Below, piece by piece: positions 35,532-41,238 of a stretch of 41,238 nucleotides of DNA. Location of the stretch: positions 1 to 41,238 of the forward strand of contig JAUCBJ010009093.1 in the NCBI GenBank assembly GCA_032718475.1, read 5' to 3'. How positions within the stretch are numbered: position 1 is the first letter of the stretch; each line of letters opens with the position of its first letter. This stretch comes from Nemertoderma westbladi (taxonomy: Eukaryota > Animalia > Xenacoelomorpha). The notes beneath the pieces were generated by a model. That model saw only the letters and a program-made list of their open reading frames with translations, was not told the DNA's origin and made no database searches. The position numbers and the translations under genes are program-made.

Positions 35532-36283
35532 GGGTCAGAGTAAAACGCGGATCCGGATCAGGATCCGGATTCTACCATTTAACATTGTCCCTATGGAAGT
35601 CGACTGAATTTACATTTTTAGGGTGTAATCTGCGGATCCGTGCACTGCTAAATTTACCGAATCCGTAACCGAGTGTAAAATGCGGATTGGCTTTTTTTTC
35701 AGATCCGGAACGGAGTGTAAAGCGCGGATTCATGTTTTAGGCTAAATCCTGAACGGAGTGTAAAACGCGGATTCATGTTTCTACTGAATCCGGGAATGGG
35801 TGTAAAATACGGATTCAGGTTTATTACAAAGTTTTATTGGATCCGGGAAGGGGTGTAAAACGCGGATTCAAGTTAATTACCATTCCGGATCCAATAAAAC
35901 TTGGTAATTAACGTAAATCCGTGTTTTACACTCCATTCCGGATCCAATAAATCTTGGTACTAACGTAAATCCGTATTTTACACTCCATTCCGGATCCAAT
36001 AAATCTTGGTAATTTACGTAAATCCGTATTATACACTCCATTCCGGATCCAATAAAACTTGGTAATTAACGTCAATAAGTGCTTTACACTCCATTCCGGA
36101 TTCACAAAATATATGAATCCGCGTTTTACACTGCAATACGGATTGCTTATTTCAGAATCCGCATATTACACTCAGTTACGGATTGTATGTAAATCCGGAT
36201 CCGCCTTTTACACTCGCAAATCCGGGTCCTGATCCGTATCCGGATCCTGAATCCGGATCCGGATCCGCGTTTTACACCTACCC
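35532..36283. mobile_element. Mutator/Foldback-like MITE (752 bp) nested in the Polinton-like element
   Basis: 9-bp TSD ATCTCAGAG (35523-35531, 36284-36292). TIR GGGTnnnnGTAAAACGCGGATCCGGATC. Internal GTGTAAAACGCGGAT-type motifs point one way in the left half and the opposite way in the right half. Confidence 0.85.
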
Positions 36284-36883
36284 ATCTCAGAGGGCCCACT
36301 ACAGTATAGGGGAATTATAATCCCCATTCATTCTTTACCCACTACAAGTCGTACAACAGGGCCCCACAATAATACAGTAGTACGATGAATCACTTTCAGT
36401 ATACTGAATAATTAAATAGGGCCCTCTTTTAATACATAAGTTTATATATATACAGTTTATCTTCAATTTAATTTGTTTTTATTTACAACCCTAATTGTTC
36501 TACTGTATTATAATTTATGTTTTATTATAACAAGCTATATCCTGTTAATCTTATTAATTTTATTTGTACTGAGGTTTTCGAAGGCGCTGTTTCCAATGGT
36601 CCTACTCTCAAAACGATCTAACCTACTGTATAATTAATTACTTAAGACTGCGAGGTATGCGTAATTAACAAATCTCGTTTACCAGTTTTCCTTAAAAACT
36701 ATGAAGCTATATTGCTTACGAGTTCTATATATTATTACTTAATTTTGGCCCCTCAGCTCCCTTAGTCTTATAGGAAAAGATCCCTGATGAGCGTGATATA
36801 CAAATAACAGAGAGAACATTTAATGAACCCTTTACTATAGCTAACACGATTCAAGCTCGCCAAACTCTAATTAAATTCAAGGC

Positions 36884-37390
36884 ATAGGCTATACTTTACC
36901 GAGGAGTTTGATCGGTCCGCAGTTCTCTAGTCTGCCGCTGAGGGCGAATTGTCTCAAAGTGAAAACCTGATCTCATTTGATTGTTTTTAATCCGCTTAGG
37001 CTGAAACTTGGTAGGTATCTATTACAATATAGGCTATATCTTTTATGGAGTCGCAGAGTAGTCTGAAGTTCCCCAGTCTACCGCTAGAGGGCGAAATGTA
37101 TCAAAGTGAAAACCTGATCTCATTTGATTGTCATTTGATTGTTTTTAATCCGCTTAGGCTGAAACTTGGTACGTATCTATTACAATATAGGCTATATCTT
37201 TTATGGAGTCGCAGAGTAGTCTGAAGTTCCCCAGTCTACCGCTAGAGGGCGAAATGTCTCAAAGTAAAAAACTGATTTCATTTGATTGTTTTTAATCCAT
37301 TTAGGCTGAAACTTGGTAGGCATCTACTATGCCATAGGCTATACTTTACTGAGGAGGTTGATCAGTCCGCAGTTCTCCAGTCTGCTGCTA
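36884..37390. repeat. ~147-bp tandem repeat (~3.4 copies)
   Basis: ATAGGCTATA starts units at 36884, 37029, 37187 and 37334 (145, 158 and 147 bp). Full units carry CCGCT(A)GAGGGCGAA and GCTGAAACTTGGTA. Confidence 0.9.
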
Positions 37391-37440
37391 AAGACACAGA
37401 TTTAAGACCTGAGGCACTCTTAAAGTCTCGAGTTTTAGGT

Positions 37441-37866
37441 GTGAGGCACATACTATGCCTCTCACTGAGGCCCAGACTATGCCTTACTGAGGCTCAGACT
37501 ATGCCTCACTGAGGCTCAGACTATGCCTCATTGAGGCACTGAGGCTCAGACTATGCCTCACTGAGGCTCAGACTATGCCTCACTGAGGCATTGAGGCTCA
37601 GACTATGCCTCACTGAGGCTCAGACTATGCCTCACTGAGGCTCAGACTATGCCTCACTGAGGCACAGACTATGCCTCACTGAGGCTCAGACTATGCCTCA
37701 CTGAGGCTCAGACTATGCCTCACTGAGGCTCAGACTATGCCTCACTGAGGCTCCGACTATGCCTCATTGAGGCTCAGACTAAGCCTCACTGAGGCGCTGA
37801 GGCTCAGACTATGCCTCACTGAGGCTCAGACTATGCCTCACTGAGGCTCACACTATGCCTCACTGA
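37441..37866. repeat. 22-bp minisatellite CTGAGGCTCAGACTATGCCTCA (~18 copies)
   Basis: Tandem copies with occasional 8-bp partial inserts. The unit is self-complementary (TGAGGC...GCCTCA) and abuts the right TIR. Confidence 0.95.
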
Positions 37867-38603
37867 GTCCATGGCGAAGCGGTAGCCGGGGTGGTGCCAT
37901 CAATGACGTCATTTAATAAGTAATATATAAAACTATTTATTGGTAATTCTAAAAATAGAAATCAATTTATAAATTAAATAAGTAATACAATTAAATATAG
38001 TAAAAGTAATACAATTAATTAATAAGTAATTAAACAGGACTAAGGATGATATATGTATATATAGGATGATATATAAGGACTCTATAGCAAATGGAGCGGA
38101 AAAAATGAATTACAATTAATACAATTAATACAATTAATTAATTTAAAATTAAATACAAGTAAATAAATACCAATAGATAAGAGTAATCAGAGGTGTCACT
38201 TATGACACCCGTTTGGTCGGCTTTGCGATGGTTGGACATCACTCAAGAGTCATGACCCATTGGGTGTTAGGGCGTTATTTGGTCTGATTTAATTAGGATA
38301 ATCTATTAAACCCTAATTAGGAGTTGTAAGACACCTATTAGGGATTAAATGTACTAATTAATTGATGACACCCATCAATTAGGGTCTAATTAGCCTAATT
38401 GGGAGGTGTCACCCAGACAGTCTGGCGCCAATGACACCCAATGACACCCTATGGGTGATAATTGGGTGTCATATGACACCCAATGGGTGTCAGTGAGGTC
38501 TAACTGTCACAAAGCCGTGCATACCTATACTACTGACACTAGTTAGCCTATCACACTCACTAGACAATAGACACTAGTCAGTCAGTCGTTATTTTTCTTA
38601 CAG

Positions 38604-39173
38604 ATTCCCGTAGCACTCAAACTTTCTATAACAGCTCGAGAAATCAAAATAAGACTAATGAAAACGCTAGGGGAACCACCCCGAACCAACCTGGAGACGG
38701 ACAGCCGAGACAACCTCATCCACGCGAAAGTAAACCGAAACCAAGGCAATCGAACCCTCCACAATCAAGCCAACAGCGCGAGAGCAAGCCAACACAAAGC
38801 CAAGAATCTCAGCCATATACCAGACAGGATAAAGGTAGAACAACTCAGTATTTTCAACCAAATAAACCACCCCAAACAACCCATCCCAACCCACCATCAA
38901 CTTCAACCAGAGACCATACAGCCCAATGCAGTGACACACCTCGCCAAGGTGCACCAACACCTCGACAAGGTGCACCAACACCTCGCCAAGGTGCTCCAAC
39001 ACCTCGACAAGATGCTTCAACACCTCGACAAGGTGCTCCAACACCTCGACAAGATGCACCAACACCTCGACAAGGTGCACCAACACCTCGACAAGGTGCT
39101 CCAACACCTCGACAAGGTGCTCCACAAGTCGCGAAGGGCAAACTTAAGAATGAATTCGGATCATACGTTACAG
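38604..39173 (+). CDS. Internal coding exon D: Q/P/T-rich disordered region with nine TPRQGAP heptads (phase 1-1, 570 bp)
   Basis: Acceptor TTTTTCTTACAG|AT and donor ACAG|GTGAGC. Open frame (D)SRSTQTFYNSSRNQNKTNENARGTTPNQPGDGQPRQPHPRESKPKPRQSNPPQ...SD(TPRQGAP)x9 QVAKGKLKNEFGSYVT. Most repeat variation is synonymous in this frame (CGC/CGA, GCA/GCT). Confidence 0.8.
38936..39124 (+). repeat. 9 x 21-bp coding repeat ACACCTCG(A/C)CAAG(G/A)TGC(A/T)CCA
   Basis: Nine exact-length copies counted directly, with no indels. Confidence 0.95.
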
Positions 39174-39536
39174 GTGAGCGATTATATGTGATTACTTTCA
39201 GTTTTCAATTAAGCTTACTGACCGTAAACGCTAAACCGATGTAACAATAAGTGTAGGCCAACCTAACCCTAAACTTAAATTTAATTTTAAAATTTATTAA
39301 ATAAAACAAACGTAAGTTTTTTTAAAGACTTCCAAATTCTAAATTTCTATAATTTGACATTTAAAAATGCAAATTTTTTATTCTGCTGAAAAATTTCATA
39401 AGTTATAAACGTTCTATGATTAATAGAAAAGGAATTAATACGCCAAAGTTTCCAAAGTGATTGTTTCAAAATTATAGTAAATGCCATCAAATATCTTAAA
39501 CACCAAATAAACGGTTTACCGGACTCGCAATACCAT

Positions 39537-41238
39537 GTAGGTAGATAATACTTTACGAGTCCGTAAAACAGTACGATAAGTTGGTCAGTTTGGTAGGTAG
39601 AGAATACTTTACGAGTCTGTAAAACAGTACGATAAGTTGGTCAGTTTGGTAGGTAGAGAATACTTTACGAGTCCGTAAAACAGTTCGATAAGTTGGTCAG
39701 TTTGGTAGGTAGAGAATACTTTACGAGTCCGTAAAACAGTACGATAAGTTGGTCAGTTTGGTAGGTAGAGAATACTTTATGAGTCCGTAAAACAGTACGA
39801 TAAGTTGGTCAGTTTGGTAGGTAGAGAATACTTTACGAGTCCGTAAAACAGTACGATAAGTTGGTCAGTTTGGTAGGTAGAGAATACTTTACGAGTCCGT
39901 AAAACAGTACGATAAGTTGGTCAGTTTGGTAGGTAGAGAATACTTTACGAGTCCGTAAAACAGTACGATAAGTTGGTCAGTTTGGTTGGTAGAGAATACT
40001 TTACGAGTCCGTAAAACAGTACGATAAGTTGGTCAGTTTGGTAGGTAGAGAATACTTTACGAGTCTGTAAAACAGTACGATAAGTTGGTCAGTTTGGTAG
40101 GTAGAGAATACTTTACGAGTCTGTAAAACAGTACGATAAGTTGGTCAGTTTGGTAGGTAGAGAATACTTTACGAGTCCGTAAAACAGTACGATAAGTTGG
40201 TCAGTTTGGTAGGTAGAGAATACTTTACGAGTCAGTAAAACAGTACGATAAGTTGGTGAGTTTGGTAGGTAGAGAATACTTTACGAGTCTGTAAAACAGT
40301 ACGATAAGTTGGTCAGTTTGGTAGGTAGAGAATACTTTACGAGTCTGTAAAACAGTACGATAAGTTGGTCAGTTTGGTAGGTAGAGAATACTTTACGAGT
40401 CTGTAAAACAGTACGATAAGTTGGTCAAGTTTGGTAGGTAGAGAATACTTTACGAGTCCGTAAAACAGTACGATAAGTTGGTCAGTTTGGTAGGTAGAGA
40501 ATACTTTACGAGTCCGTAAAACAGTGCGATAAGTTGGTCAGTTTGGTAGGTAGAGAATACTTTACGAGTCTGTAAAACAGTACGATAAGTTGGTCAGTTT
40601 GGTAGGTAGAGAATACTTTACGAGTCCGTAAAACAGTACGATAAGTTGGTCAGTTTGGTAGGTAGAGAATACTTTACGAGTCCGTAAAACAGTACGATAA
40701 GTTGGTCAGTTTGGTAGGTAGAGAATACTTTACGAGTCTGTAAAACAGTACGATAAGTTGGTCAGTTTGGTAGGTAGAGAATACTTTACGAGTCCGTAAA
40801 ACAGTACGATAAGTTGGTCAGTTTGGTAGGTAGAGAATACTTTACGAGTCCGTAAAACAGTTCGATAAGTTGGTCAGTTTGGTAGGTAGAGAATACTTTA
40901 CGAGTCCGTAAAACAGTACGATAAGTTGGTCAGTTTGGTAGGTATAGAGAATACTTTACGAGTCTGTAAAACAGTACGATAAGTTGGTCAGTTTGGTAGG
41001 TAGAGAATACTTTACGAGTCTGTAAAACAGTACGATAAGTTGGTCAGTTTGGTAGGTAGAGAATACTTTACGAGTCTGTAAAACAGTACGATAAGTTGGT
41101 CAGTTTGGTAGGTAGAGAATACTTTACGAGTCCGTAAAACAGTACGATAAGTTGGTCAGTTTGGTAGGTAGAGAATACTTTACGAGTCCGTAAAACAGTA
41201 CGATAAGTTGGTCAGTTTGGTAGGTATAGAGAATACTT
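39537..41238. repeat. 56-bp satellite GTAGGTAGAGAATACTTTACGAGTCCGTAAAACAGTACGATAAGTTGGTCAGTTTG (~30 copies, continues past the window)
   Basis: Period 56 (39537, 39593, ...), highly homogeneous; the main polymorphism is GTCCGT/GTCTGT. Internal hairpin TTTACG-AGTC-CGTAAA. Confidence 0.98.

Larger units (their letters stand above)
34824..38534. mobile_element. Non-autonomous Polinton/Maverick-like element (3711 bp)
   Basis: Ends AGTAGTATA...TATACTACT with a 6-bp TSD GACACT (34818-34823, 38535-38540). Long imperfect TIRs at 34824-35346 and 37866-38534. AGT-repeat termini, a 6-bp TSD and several-hundred-bp TIRs are Polinton hallmarks. No integrase, pPolB or capsid ORF is visible. Confidence 0.8.

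Noticed and set aside
36784-36830. CTGATGA possible hammerhead core
   Set aside because: No stem II followed by GAAA downstream.
38658-39191. ORF-track protein with HLDKVLQ heptads (coiled-coil-like) and the two antisense ORFs
   Set aside because: Splice phase and synonymous variation favour the TPRQGAP frame; these are shadow frames of the 21-bp repeat.

Overview
Eukaryotic (probably invertebrate animal) repeat-rich DNA; no prokaryotic operon, CRISPR array or RNA gene is supported. From left to right: a duplicated (~2.2-kb period) block of decayed Gypsy pol, a small TIR element and an RTE LINE 3' end (1-3050); an unexplained G/T-skewed 0.86-kb segment; and a ~23.9-kb satellite of a 45-bp monomer (39/43/37-bp variants) with 4.5-5.6-kb higher-order repeats and a 100-N gap (3911-27793). 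Almost all ORFs in the supplied track are artefacts of that satellite. Downstream, four phase-1 exons (28100-28240, 28566-28682, 32830-33042, 38604-39173) splice into one open frame encoding ankyrin-like repeats followed by a Q/P/T-rich region with nine TPRQGAP heptads; the ORF track misses or mis-frames most of it. Its introns hold a TIR element with CTCF-like motifs, a Sola2-like transposon with an in-frame deleted transposase and a 294-bp spacerless palindrome, and a 32-bp minisatellite interrupted by a non-coding Polinton/Maverick-like element (AGTAGT ends, 6-bp TSD) that itself carries a nested Mutator-like MITE. A 56-bp satellite runs off the window end. Family names come from recalled motifs and terminal structures, not database searches. 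I cannot demonstrate a new biological system here; the best leads are the hidden gene, the Sola2 hairpin and the non-autonomous Polinton-like element.
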